Shown piece after piece: positions 47,934-64,000 of a stretch of DNA of 64,000 nt. Under the pieces are notes generated by a model. That model did no database searches. It was not told the origin of the DNA and worked only from the letters and a program-made list of their open reading frames with translations. Position numbers and translations under genes: made by a program. The stretch lies in the NCBI RefSeq assembly GCF_009914755.1, contig NC_060938.1. One strand, written 5' to 3'. The stretch's first letter is position 1, and each line of letters begins with the position of its first letter. Source of the stretch: the human T2T-CHM13v2.0 reference genome, Homo sapiens.

Positions 47934-49267
47934 TGACCACAAAGTTGTGTGGTTTTAATACTGACACTTTACATGATAAAGAAGTGAATGGGCAGAGAAA
48001 TGCACAAAACCCAGGCAGCACCAATACGCAGGAGACATAATGTATGAGTCATCTCAAAGCTAGATGATTGAGAGTTGGTTTATGGATCAGAGAGATTGAT
48101 TTACCAGTGGTTCAGTAATTGAATAGTAAATTGATTCAATGTGACATTGCTGATTGCAGTGGCAGAAGATTACATACAATTTGCCAAATGAACAACAAAA
48201 ATCATCTGACACATTTTTCAGTTTCTCTTTTTTATTTTTCTGTATTAATTACTATAACTAATTTTAAAGAAATCGAGCCCTTTATTTAGCAGAGGTGGAA
48301 GGGAATGAGAGGTCAGTATTAACTAGGCACCTATCCTGTGCAGTCATGCTAGGCTCTTACTGAGTTCTTCCAATAACCCCAGGAAGTAGGTGTAATATTA
48401 TTTACAAATGAAAAAACTCAGATTTAGAAGGGTAAAGTTAACTTTCTAAGACATACGAGAGGAGTTGAAATTAGATGTGAATCTAGAATCGCTCCCCTTT
48501 CTTTTACTATCCCACAACCAGATCAATTTCCCTACTGATGCAAATTTAGACAGCATGTTGGGTTTCAATTAATAAATGGAATGTATTCTAAAACTTGAAA
48601 AGCTTGTCAAATAGTAAACCTGAGATGCAGGGCTTTCCAGTGCACAATGTACAGTAAGAGTAACAATACACTAGTGATATTAGAAAGATGAAACAGGTTG
48701 CATGTTATTCTCTAGAACTGCCATGAGCCTAAAGCCATCCAAAGCATATAGAAACCACCAGGTATATCTTCCTTAGGTTCTGGAGTGACATCAGAGGGAA
48801 TGACAGAGTGAAGACTTTTGAAAATATACTCTTTCATTAGAACACTGAAAACACTGACAAAAATTGTCAAAATCAATTTCTTTGGAACACTGTACAATAA
48901 CAAACGTTTTGCAGCAAGTCCAGGAGCATTTATTCGAGAAAAATGGCTGAATCTTGGTAAGAACAGTGAACTTTGTGACAATTTATCTTGTCCTATTCTC
49001 ATCCCCATCTTTTTAGGTCCACAGTAATCTTGAAAACCAACTACTCTGTATCATGGCGAACGAACAGCCTAGTAGCCACTGTAGAAAACCAAATGGGTTT
49101 AGAGCTCCCCAAAGCACCATTCACAGAGAATTCTCATTATTTGACCTGTCTGGCAGTTCCCTGGAAACCTCCACTCACAGGACTTGTCTTTATCTGATCT
49201 GACTCAGAACTCAGTGCAAAAAGTCTTTTCCCTCAGGGCATTGGTCAAAAACAATCAGTAACAATTA

Positions 49268-49690
<423 letters not shown>

Positions 49691-50429
49691 CTACAAGTCC
49701 TTGAGCATGTGCAAAGTTGTGCACTTGCCCAGAAAATGCCTGAAAGTCCCTATATTCTCATTTCTGTCAGACCCTGAGGCCCTTCACAAGCAGAAAGTAA
49801 AGGCTAAGGCAGAGTTGTGAAAATCCTGCCTGAGCATTGAAGGCAGGCCCCCCCACACAGTCTCTCAGGAAAGGCTGCGAGACTTATTGGTTCCTGGAAT
49901 TTGAGGAACTCTGTGTCCAGTAATCAGCTGACTACTAAGCTAACTGAACAGATTTCAGTGCCACACCCTTGAAAAGGAATACTGACTTGGCTGGGTGCAG
50001 TGGTTCATGCCTGTAGTCTCAGGTCTTTGGGAGGCCAGGCATTTGAGACCAGGCTGGAAAACACAGTGGGACCTATCTCTACAACAATTTAAAAAGAAAA
50101 AGGAAAGAGACTCAGCTGGGAGCAGTGGCTCACGCCTGTAATCCTAGCACTTTGGGAGACCGAGGCAGGTGGATCACCTTAGGTCAGGAGTTTGAGATCA
50201 GCCTGGCCAACACGGTGAAACCCTGTCTCCACTAAAAACATAAAAATTGGCTGGGCGTGGTGGCGGGTGCCTGTAATCCCAGCTACTTGGGAGGCTGAAG
50301 CAGGAGAATCTCTTGAACCTGGGAGGCGGAGGGTTGCAGTTTGCCAAGATCACGCCATTGTACTCCAGCCTGAGCAACGAAGCCAGACTCCATCTCCAAA
50401 AAAAAAAAAAAAGGAAAGAGACAAAAAGG

Positions 50430-51200
50430 CATAAGAATGATATAATGGACTTTGGGGACTCAGGGGTAAGGGTGAGAGGGGAATGAGGGATAAAAGACTG
50501 CACACTGGGTATAGTGTACACTGCTCGGGCGATGAGTCCACCAAAATCTCAGAAATCACCACTAAAGAACTTATCCATGTTATAGTCTTGCCAATGCACC
50601 ACAATGTAGCAGTCTCTCCTTGCCTGAGGTAGTACCCAGAGTCCTTTGTCTCACAACCAAGAAAGTTAAGGAGCACGGACACCAAGGATGAGGTTAGAAC
50701 AAAAGTTTAATAAGGGAAAGAAGAAAGCTGTCTTCTGCGGAGAGGGGACCTGAAGAGGGTTGCCATTTTTTACAGCTGAATGCAAAGGCTTTTATAAGAA
50801 ACCAGTGAGGGCTGGGCATCTCATTTGTATAAGGCGTGAATTTCTGGTAGCTTACCCCATCCTCCTAGTGCGCATGTGAGCCCTTAGCTTGAGTTACTCC
50901 ATATTGCTTTGTTCCCCTTACTAAGCAAGTGTCAGAGGATGGAATTTTCCATTGCGAGTATGTCTGGGCAAGTCACCTGGGTAACCTTTCTTATCTGTGA
51001 GACTGTGGGCATGTATTAGGCAAGCCCCCTTGTGCAAGTTCCCTTACCTGTGCCTGCAGGCTGTTCTTTTGTTTGAAAGGATTCAACCGAGGACCCACCC
51101 TAACTGCCTGCCTGACTGGGTTTTTTTCTTTCTCCTCTCTCATAACCAAACACCATCTGTTCCCCAAAAACCTATAGAAATAAAAATAAATAATAATTTA
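50430..51200 (+). mobile_element. L1PB-type 3' end split by an LTR
   Basis: ATAAGAATGATATAATGGACTTTGGGGACTC...CACCACTAAAGAACTTATCCA, resuming as TAACCAAACACCATCTGTTCCCCAAAAACCTAT plus an A tail. Confidence 0.8.
50578..51142 (-). mobile_element. ERV1 (MER4-group-like) solo LTR
   Basis: 565 bp bounded by TG...CA. The minus strand begins TGAGAGAGGAGAAAG and has an ATTAAA poly(A) signal near its 3' end. Exact family not determined. Confidence 0.7.
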
Positions 51201-51629
51201 AAGAAGAAAATAAAAGAAAAAAACTAGCTGGATGTGGTGGTGCATGCCTATAGTCCTAACCACTCAGGAGGCTGAGGCAGGAGGATTGTTTGAACCCAGG
51301 AATTGAAGGCTGCAATGAGCTAGGATTGATTGCATCACCGTGCTTCAGCCTGGAAGACCAAGAAAGACCTTGTCTTTAAAAAAAAAAAAAATACAAACTT
51401 TACAAAATGGGTTCAGGAAGTCACTAAACAAACAAAGAAACAGCAGCAGTAAAACTCCTGGGGAAAGAAGGGAATCCAATTTCAATTATTGCCATGTTAT
51501 ATTATTTTGAATCCCCAGTTTCCAACAAAAAATTACACAACATGCAAAGAACAAGAAAGTGTGTCCCAGGCACTGGGAGAAAACAGTCAATAGAAACTCC
51601 CTGAGGAAGCCTAGACTTTGTACTTACTA

Positions 51630-51947
<318 letters not shown>

Positions 51948-52683
51948 TCAATCAATAAATAATAAATTACCTAGGTGTGGTGATGCATGCCTGTACTCCC
52001 AGCTACTCAGAAGGCTGAGGTGGGAGGATCACTTGAGCTCAGAAGTACAAGGCTGCAGTGAGCCATGTTCATACCACTGCATTTCAGCCTGGGTGACAGG
52101 ACAGGAGCCTGTCTCACAAAAAAAAAGAAAAAAAAAAAAAGAAGAGTTAAAGAAAAGCATGAGAAAGATATCTCAGCAAATCTCAATGAAAACATGAAGA
52201 AATAGAAATACTTATTTCTCTACATATAACCAAATAGAAATTTTGGAGTTGAAAGTATAACTGAAATGAAAAACTCTCTAGAGGTGCTCAACAGTAACCT
52301 CTAGTTTGCTATACCCGTTCGTTACAAAAGCTTGAGGCCAGGTGCGGTGGCTCACGCCTGTAATCCCAGCTCTTTGGAGGCCAAGGTGGGCAGATCACTT
52401 GAGGAGTTGGAGACCAGCCTGGCCAACATGGTGAAACCCGTCTCTACTAAAAATACAAAAATTAGCCAGGCATGGTAGCACGCGCCTGTAATTCCAGCTA
52501 CTTGAGAGGCTGAGACATGAGAATGTCTTGAACCTGGGAGGTGGAGAGGTGGAGATTTTGGTGAGCCGAGATGGTGCCACTACACCCAGCCTGGGTGATT
52601 ATGACTCTGTCTCAACAACAACGATAAAAAAAGCTTGGGAGTGTGTTTGGGAAGAGACTGCTATATTATCATTGACATCATTA

Positions 52684-53049
<366 letters not shown>

Positions 53050-53295
53050 TCAGTTTGTCTTGACCTCTCATTTAATAGGTAAGAGAACCAGATAGCTTAT
53101 GAGATCTTGCTAAACTCCTCACCTTAGCTCCCAATGTAATTTATGATGTCTTGATGTAATGCCTTGAGACCTACAAATTAACATAACCAAGAATTTAAAG
53201 TAGATATGTTGCAGGGATGGAGGAGTGACTATAAATCTCATCTATTCCCATTTGAGCTAGCTCCATTCTCCTCCAGTGTTTCAAGAAATACCTTC

Positions 53296-53749
53296 AGGGA
53301 ACCGCTGCTTTCTTTCTCCCACAATCTGTAGTTCTCTTGCTTTCCAACTTGGGCCCGGCAGGATCGCTCTTGCAAAGAAGGATGGCAAGAAGAAGAGCCT
53401 TTCTGCCATCAGCATTCACAAGCGCATCCATGGTGTGGGCTTCAAGAAGTGTGCCCCTCGGGCACTCGAAGAGATCCAAAAATGTGCCATGAAGGAGATG
53501 GGCACTCCAGATGTGCACATTGATACTAGGCTCAACAAAGCTGTTTGGGCCAAAGGAATAAGGATTGTCCCATACCGTATCCCTGTGTGGTTGTCCAGAA
53601 AACGTAACGAGGATGAAAATTCAACAAACAAGCTCTATACTTTGGTTACCCATGTACGTGTTACCGTTTTCAAAAATCTACAGTCAATGTGGATGAGAAC
53701 TAACCACTGATTGTCGAATACATCAAATGAACTTATAAAACAAACAAAC
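53296..53749 (+). pseudogene. RPL31 (60S ribosomal protein L31) processed pseudogene
   Basis: Intronless ...[69 protein letters not shown] matches RPL31. It has a TOP-like 5' UTR at 53334, the start codon mutated to ATC (53363-53365), an in-frame deletion, a 3' frameshift and an A-rich tail. Confidence 0.95.
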
Positions 53750-54078
53750 AGAAATGCTTTCTATTTCTCAACCTATGCTTTTTTTTTTTTTTTCTTTTTT
53801 GACAGTGTCTCACTCTGTGGCTCAGGCTGGAGTGCAGCAGTGGCACAATCTCGGTTCACTGAAACCCTGCCTCCCAGGTTCAAGTGATCCTCCCACCTCA
53901 GCCCCCAACTAGCTGGGACTAAAGGCGCATGCCACCACACCTGGCTAATTTTTTTTTTTTTTTTTTGTATTTTTAGTAAAGACAGGGTTTTACCATGTTG
54001 CCCAGGCTGGTCTTGAACTCCTGAGGTCAAGCAATCTGCCCACCTCAGCTTCCCAAAGTGCTGGGATTACAGGTGTGA

Positions 54079-54407
<329 letters not shown>

Positions 54408-54775
54408 TAAAAACACTTTCTTTACTGAAACAGTGGCATTGCTGCTTTGATAGACTGTTATGATCACATGGATTGGATTTGGGCCACATACACAAATGCT
54501 TGTACAAGCATTTGTACTAAGCAAGTGCTTAGTACAAATTTATTTCAATGAATATTGATTAAATTAGTAGTCCTTTCCTCAGCTTCTTTCTTGCTGCCAT
54601 TTCTTTGCATTTAAGGGGTAGGAAGTAGGAGGAACAGAGAGACAGTTCTTTCCCACAGGTAGGCAGTAACATGGCATCATCACTGCTATCCCGGGTCTCC
54701 TTTCCATTTCAGAAAATCCAAAAACTCATTTTACAGAATTGATCAAATTATTGAGTCCTTGAGCAATTTGAATAG

Positions 54776-55607
<832 letters not shown>

Positions 55608-55901
55608 TCATGCCTATAATCCCAACACATTGGGAGGCTGAGGTGGGCAGATCACTTGAGGTCGTAGTTCGAGACCGGCCTGGACAACATGGTGAAACCC
55701 TGTCTCTACTAAAAATACAAAAATTACCCGGGCATGGTAGCACGCGCCTGTAGTCCCAGCTACTCAGGAAGCTGAGGCAGGAGAATCGCTTGAACATGGG
55801 AGGCTAAGGTTGCAGTGAGCCAAGATCGTGCCACTGCACTCCAGCCTGGGCAACAGAGTGAGACTCCATCTCAAAAAAAAAAAAAAATGGAGATAAGAAT
55901 A

Positions 55902-56640
55902 TGTGACAAAAATAGCTAATTGTCTCCCATTATCTGTTCTTCCCTTTCACAGGTATAGAATGCCAAATTTTTCGGTGGAGACGTGATACCCAGAATAAAT
56001 ACTATATTTCCCAGAGAATTTTGCTGCTAATTGTGGTTAGGAGACTGTGTTGGGCTAATGGGATGGATGTGGACTAAGAAACTGCATAATATGATAGTTG
56101 TAAAGTTCCTTTGGATTTCTTCTGTGCTATCTGGAGTGTGGATGTGATGGCTGGAGCACTAGCCAATGTCCTGGACCATAAAGGATGAAGGCCACACCTT
56201 GCTTTTGGAATAGTTGGATAAAGAAGTCTAGGATCCTGAGGTCTTTGTAGAGACAGAAATAAATTGCTTGGTTGTTTAAACCACTGTTATTTTATTTTAT
56301 TTATAATTTTTTTAAGACAGAGTCTGGCTTTGTTGCCCAGGCTGGAGTTCAGTGGCACGATCTCACCTCACTGCAGCCCAACTTCCGCCTCCTGGGTTCA
56401 AGTGATTCTCCTGCCTCAGCCTCCCAGGTAGCTGGGACTTCAGTAGGTGTGCACTATCATGCCTGGCTAATTTTTGTATTGTTAGAAGAGACAGGGTTTC
56501 ACTATGTTGGCCAGGCTGGTCTCAAACTCCTGACCTCGAGTAATCCGCTTGACTTGGCCTCCCGAGTCCTGGGATTACAGGTGTGAGCCACTGTGCCCAG
56601 CCTCACTGTTATTTTAGGTCTCTGCTCCAAGCAGTGGAAA
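55902..56640. mobile_element. Degenerate MLT1-type LTR interrupted by an Alu
   Basis: GATGTGATGGCTGGAGC...GACCATAAAGGATGAAGGCCAC...TTGTTTAAACCACTGTTATTTT motifs. Confidence 0.5.
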
Positions 56641-56687
56641 CTGCTTGCTTTGTAAAAGCTGTTCCCTCTGCCTGACAGTTTGCTTGA

Positions 56688-57277
56688 AGTATTGGTCTAG
56701 GTTGCCTAGAGAAACAGAACTAATAGGATGGATGGATGGGAAAATAGATAGGTAGACAGACAGACAGATAGATGAGAGGGGATTTATTAGGAGAATTGGC
56801 TCATGCAGTTATGGAAGCTGAGGCCTCACGACATGCTGTCGAAAGGCGGAGGACCAGGGAAGCAGGTAGGGTGGCTCAGTCCAAGTCCAGAGACTTGAGA
56901 ACCAGGGGAGTCAATGGTGTAACTCTCAGTCCAAGGCCAAAGACCTGAGAACATAGGGGTCTGCTGGTGCAAGTTCTACAGTCCAAAGACTGGACAACAT
57001 GGGGTTCTGATGTGCAAGGCAAGAAAAGATGGGTGTTTCCGTTGAAGGGGAAGAGGGGGAGTTCTTTCCTCTGCCTTTTTGTTCGATCTGGGTCCTCAGT
57101 TGATTGGATGGCGCCTGCACACATTGGGTGAGGGCAGATCTTCCTTACTCCGTCCACTCATTCAAATGCCAATCTCTTCCAGAAACATCCTTGGAGACAT
57201 ACCCAGAAATAATGCTTTACCCGCTATGTGGGTATCCCCTTAATCCAGTCAAGCTGACACCTAAATTAGCCGTCACA
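56688..57277 (-). mobile_element. MLT2 (ERVL) solo LTR
   Basis: Ends AATCCAGTCAAGCTGACACCTAAATTAGCCGTCACA, begins GTATTGGTCTAGGTTGCCTAGAGAAACAGAAC, with an internal GGAT/AGAC simple repeat typical of MLT2. Confidence 0.85.
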
Positions 57278-58083
57278 CTCAACAAACTTCTATTTATCTT
57301 TCAAGACTGAGATCAATCCATTTCCTCCTCTGTGGAACTTCTGATCTCCACCTGGGGATTTAATTCTTCTTTGGCTTCATACCAGTTCTTAATCTTTTGC
57401 ATAGTTTTATAGCAAGCTGCACATTTCCGTTTATAAATTTGTCTCCCTACTAAAACAGTCTCTCACTTAAAAAATAATTGGAATTTTTGTTTTCTTTGAG
57501 ACAGAGTTTCACTTCTGTTGCCCAGGCTGGAGTGCAATGGCACGATCTCGGCTCAACCTCCACCTCCCAAGTAGTTCAAGTGATTCTCCTGCCTCAGCCT
57601 CCCAAGTAGCTGGGATTACAGGCGCCCACCACCACGCCCAGCTAATTTTTTGTATTTTTAGTAGAGATGGGAGTTCACCATGTTGGCCAGGCTGGTCTTG
57701 AACTCCTGACTCCTGACTTCAGGTGATCCACCCGCCTCAGCCTTCCAAAGTGCTGGGATTACAGGCGTGAGCCACCGTGCCCGGCCTGAGATCTCTTTGA
57801 ATAAACATAAAAAATCTCATGGCTCATGCAGATTCTGAAACTGCCCACCAAATCTATTGCAATATTGAATATGCCAATCCTGCAAGCCACCACTACCTAT
57901 CCAAAGATTCTGATTTACTTTTTTTTCTTTTTTTGAGACATGGTCTTGTTCTGTTGCCCAGGCTGGAGTGCAGTGGCATGATCTGATCTCGCTGCAACCT
58001 CTGTCTCCCAGGTTCAAGCGATTCTCCTGCCTCAGCCTGACATGCAGCTCGGACTACAGGCATGCACCACCACACCCTGCTAA

Positions 58084-58518
<435 letters not shown>

Positions 58519-59373
58519 TGATGTACTTTTTAGGATAAGAATAACCTTCCTCTCCTCTCCTGGTCCACTCAATTGATCCATTGAATAAATACCTATTTGG
58601 TTGGGCACTGAGGTAGATGCTGGGGAGAAGAGGTTTGGGTTCTGCCCTCAAAGAGCCTGCAATGTGCTAGGTGAGACAGATCCTCAAATAATAATATGAC
58701 ATACGGAGAAGAGAAGTAGGAGAGATGAGGAAATAATTCATTCTGTTCTCAGGCACAGGTTATGATGATGCCTGGACTACATTCTGAAAGAATAATACTT
58801 TACCCAATGGACTGGGGAAAGGGGAGAAAAGGGTAACAGAAGATATAATGGGCAGAAGGAATAACATGTGTGAAGGCGCAGAGGCATAAAATACGTGATT
58901 AATTTTAGTCATGAGCATTGCACTCAGGTCTTACGAAGTTTCCCTGCAAACACATTCACAGAACATTTCTTAGGGTGAGTTACCTCTACAGATGGTGCAT
59001 CTCGTCGATTATGTCTTGATTTATCACTGTTTTAATTCTGAGGACAATGTTTCCCTGAGCCTGTTCCCTAGACTCCATACCACTTGGTAATGACTGAAGC
59101 TGTTAATTATACTGTTCCTGGAAAAAATTTTCCCTAGTGCCAGTTCAAGGCCCCACCATTGACTCATCCTGCAGTTATGTACATTCAGGAGCTCTTCCTT
59201 CTAAAGGCTTATTCTTTTTGCTGATATTCGGAACACTTGTAAGACTGTATTGTAAAAACTTCCTGGTTAGTTTTTAGCTACTTGTTTTTAGTTAACAGCA
59301 GGTTTGTCAGTTTCCTGTCGTCTGTCTTTATTTTTTGTATGTGAATATATGTTCCTTTTTTTTACATTGCATC

Positions 59374-59374
<1 letters not shown>

Positions 59375-59439
<65 letters not shown>

Positions 59440-59457
59440 GTATATGTATGTATGTAT
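59375..59457 (+). repeat. (TA)n / (TATG)n microsatellite in an Alu tail
   Basis: Long pure TA run at 59389-59432 flanked by TATG/TATATG units. Confidence 0.95.
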
Positions 59458-59470
59458 TTTTTTTTTTTGA

Positions 59471-59971
<501 letters not shown>

Positions 59972-60136
59972 TGAGAATCACTTGAACCCAGGAGGTGGAG
60001 GTTGCAGTGAGCAAAGATCATGCCTCTGTATTCCAGACTGGGAAACAGAGCAAGACTCCATCTCAAAAAAATAAAAAGAAAAAAGAAAAGTAAAATTTTT
60101 AGAGCAATTTCAATCTTTATATTGTGGTAAACAATT

Positions 60137-61378
<1,242 letters not shown>

Positions 61379-61976
61379 ATAAGAGTCTTCAATAAATAAT
61401 GTTGAATGAATGAATTTATAAAACTGTGTATACACTTATACACAGTGTATAAGTGGCTGGATAGAGCTGCAACACTCTGCCTGGTAATTCCTTTTAAAGT
61501 TGGATTGAGTTTTCTGTAAGCCTGGATGGCTATTCTGGATCTGAATGCCACCTGTAGGCACCTGGAAGTGCTATTTTCTCTCAGTTTCCATTGCTCTTTA
61601 CTCACTCTTCTGCAGTTACATGTATGACATGCTGTAGATTTTTATTTCCATTTCTGACGGTTCCCTAGTGTATGTAGCCATCAACCATTACCATCATTAG
61701 CATTGACCAAAGCCAAATAATTGAATTAATAAGAAGTAAGTGTCCCATCTTGTCAATATGGATGTTTTTTTTTCTAACAGGAGCCTCATTACTTGGCCAT
61801 GACTGATAAGGACCGAGTTAGAGTGCTGAACCTTGACATTAATCTGGCCATGCAAATGTATTCATTAATAGATGCTTAATTAATTGTTCCTTTTAGATTA
61901 GGATTGCTTGTTTTTTGCAGCAGTGTGGTCCTTTTGCTTCTCTTTGCTGCTGCATCTGTTGCAAAGCAAACAATCA

Positions 61977-62150
<174 letters not shown>

Positions 62151-62153
62151 TCA

Positions 62154-62387
<234 letters not shown>

Positions 62388-62536
62388 TCACGAGGTCAGG
62401 AGTTCGAGACCAGCCTGACCAACATGCTGAAATCCCATCTCTACTAAAAATAAAATAATAATAATAATAATAAACAACAATCACTAACTCTGGGCTCTAG
62501 GTTTGATTGCCTTCTCGGCTTTGCTACCTGAGGCTA

Positions 62537-63653
62537 TGCTATGGTTTGAATGTGTCCCCCAAAAGCATGTGTTGGAAACTGAATCCCCAATGCAACAGTG
62601 TTGGGAGTTGAGGGCTAAGAAGAGGTGTTTAGGTTATAAGGGCTTCACCTTCATGAATGGATTCATGTCAACTATAAAAAGGCTTGAGGCTGTGAGTTCA
62701 ATTTCTCTCTTGCACATGTGAGTGCTCTTTTTCCTTTCAGCCTTCTGCCATGGGATAATGGGCTAGAAGGCCTTTACATAATGTTGAGCAGATGCTGACA
62801 CCATGCTCCCGAACTTCCTAGCCTTCAGAGGCATGAACAAAATAATTTTGTTCCTTTTTTTTTTTTTTTTTGAGATGGAGTCTTGTTCTGTCACCCAGGC
62901 TGGAGTGCAATGGCGCAGTCCTGACTCACTGCAACCTCACTTGAACAGGGTTCAAGCAATTCTCCTGCCTTAGCCTCCTGAGTAGCTGGGACTACAGAAG
63001 CACACCACCACGCCCAGCTAATTTTTGTATTTTTAGTAGAGACGGGGTTTCACTATGTTGGCCAGGCTGGTCTCGAACTCCTGACCTCGTGATCTGCCTG
63101 CCTCAGCCGCCCAAAGTGCTGGAATTACAGGTGTGAGCCACTGTGCCCGGCAAAATTTTTTTCTTTCTTTTTTTTGAGGCAGAGTCTCTCTCTCTGTCAC
63201 CTAGGCTGGAGTGCAGTGGCATGATCTCGGTTCACTGCAGTCTCTGCCTCCTGGGTTCAAACTCCTGTATCAGCCTCCCAAGTAGCTGCAACTACAGGCA
63301 CACGGCACCATGGCCGGCCAAATTTTTTGTAATTTTAGTAGAGATGGGGTTTCACCATATTGGTCAGGCTAGTCTCAAACTCCTGACCTCAGGTGATCCA
63401 CCTGCCTCAGCCTCCCAAAGTGCTGGGACTACAGGTGCACACCACCATGCCCGGCTAATTTTTGTATTTTTAGTAGAGACAGGGTTTCACCATGTTGGCC
63501 AGGCTGGTCTCAAACTCCTGATGTCACGATCTGCCCGCCTCAGCCTCCCAAAGTGCTAGGATTACAGGTGTGAGCCACCACGCCCGGTCTAATTTTTTTC
63601 TTTATAAATTACCCCGTTTGTTGTATTATAACAACACAAAATGAACTTAGACA
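62537..63653 (+). mobile_element. MST (MSTD-like) MaLR LTR interrupted by Alus at 62856-63590
   Basis: Starts TGCTATGGTTTGAATGTGTCCCCCAAAAG, resumes TTTATAAATTACCCC...CACAAAATGAACTTAGACA. Confidence 0.8.
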
Positions 63654-64000
63654 GGCAGTGTTAGAGATAATCCTTGCAAACAACTTTGTGAGATAAGAAC
63701 CACTAATATGTCCATTTTATATATGAGAAAACAGAGGTTTACAGAAGTAAAGTTGATTAGGATTCCAAAATTGGAGCAAGAAGCAATGTAGGGATGGGAA
63801 AGAATGAGCTCCAGGGCTCATCCTCAGGACTTTGTGTAAGAGGCAGTAATATGAATTGGTTAACAGTGCTGACTCAGATGCCAGATTGCCTGAGTTGAAG
63901 TTCTGGCTGTATTACTTACTACCTCTGTGATTTGCGGGGGCAAGTTACAACTTTTTTGGGCCTTAGTTTCCTCATATGAAAAAAATGTGGAAATGACTAT

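Noticed and set aside
53276-53710. 144-aa ORF as a functional RPL31 paralogue
   Set aside because: The native ATG is lost, 10 conserved codons are deleted, the C-terminus is frameshifted, and many substitutions are CpG-type. It is a processed pseudogene.

Overview
Primate (human-like) genomic DNA. It covers the 5' end of PPP2R5E (PP2A regulatory subunit B56-epsilon) on the minus strand and about 35 kb of upstream, repeat-dense sequence. The gene is represented by a CpG-island promoter and non-coding exon 1 (~28.0-29.4 kb), intron 1 (3086 nt), coding exon 2 (24927-25090) and the first ~25 kb of intron 2. Roughly 90 Alus (about 40% of the window by eye) account for almost all ORFs in the supplied track. 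The window also holds a full-length SVA, L1 fragments, MaLR/ERV LTRs, hAT DNA transposons and an RPL31 processed pseudogene. No prokaryote-type system (CRISPR, operon) is present. The best second-look items are: (1) an SVA with two nested pairs of target-site duplications, i.e. a daughter copy carrying its parent's flanks; (2) a hidden ~0.6-1 kb Alu-Alu inversion revealed by two split repeat fossils; (3) a 23-nt polyadenylated retrocopy resembling a tRNA-Asn 3' fragment; (4) a twin-primed L1; (5) three uORFs plus a CHR/CCAAT promoter layout at PPP2R5E. Repeat family names come from memory of consensus sequences and need Dfam/RepeatMasker confirmation.
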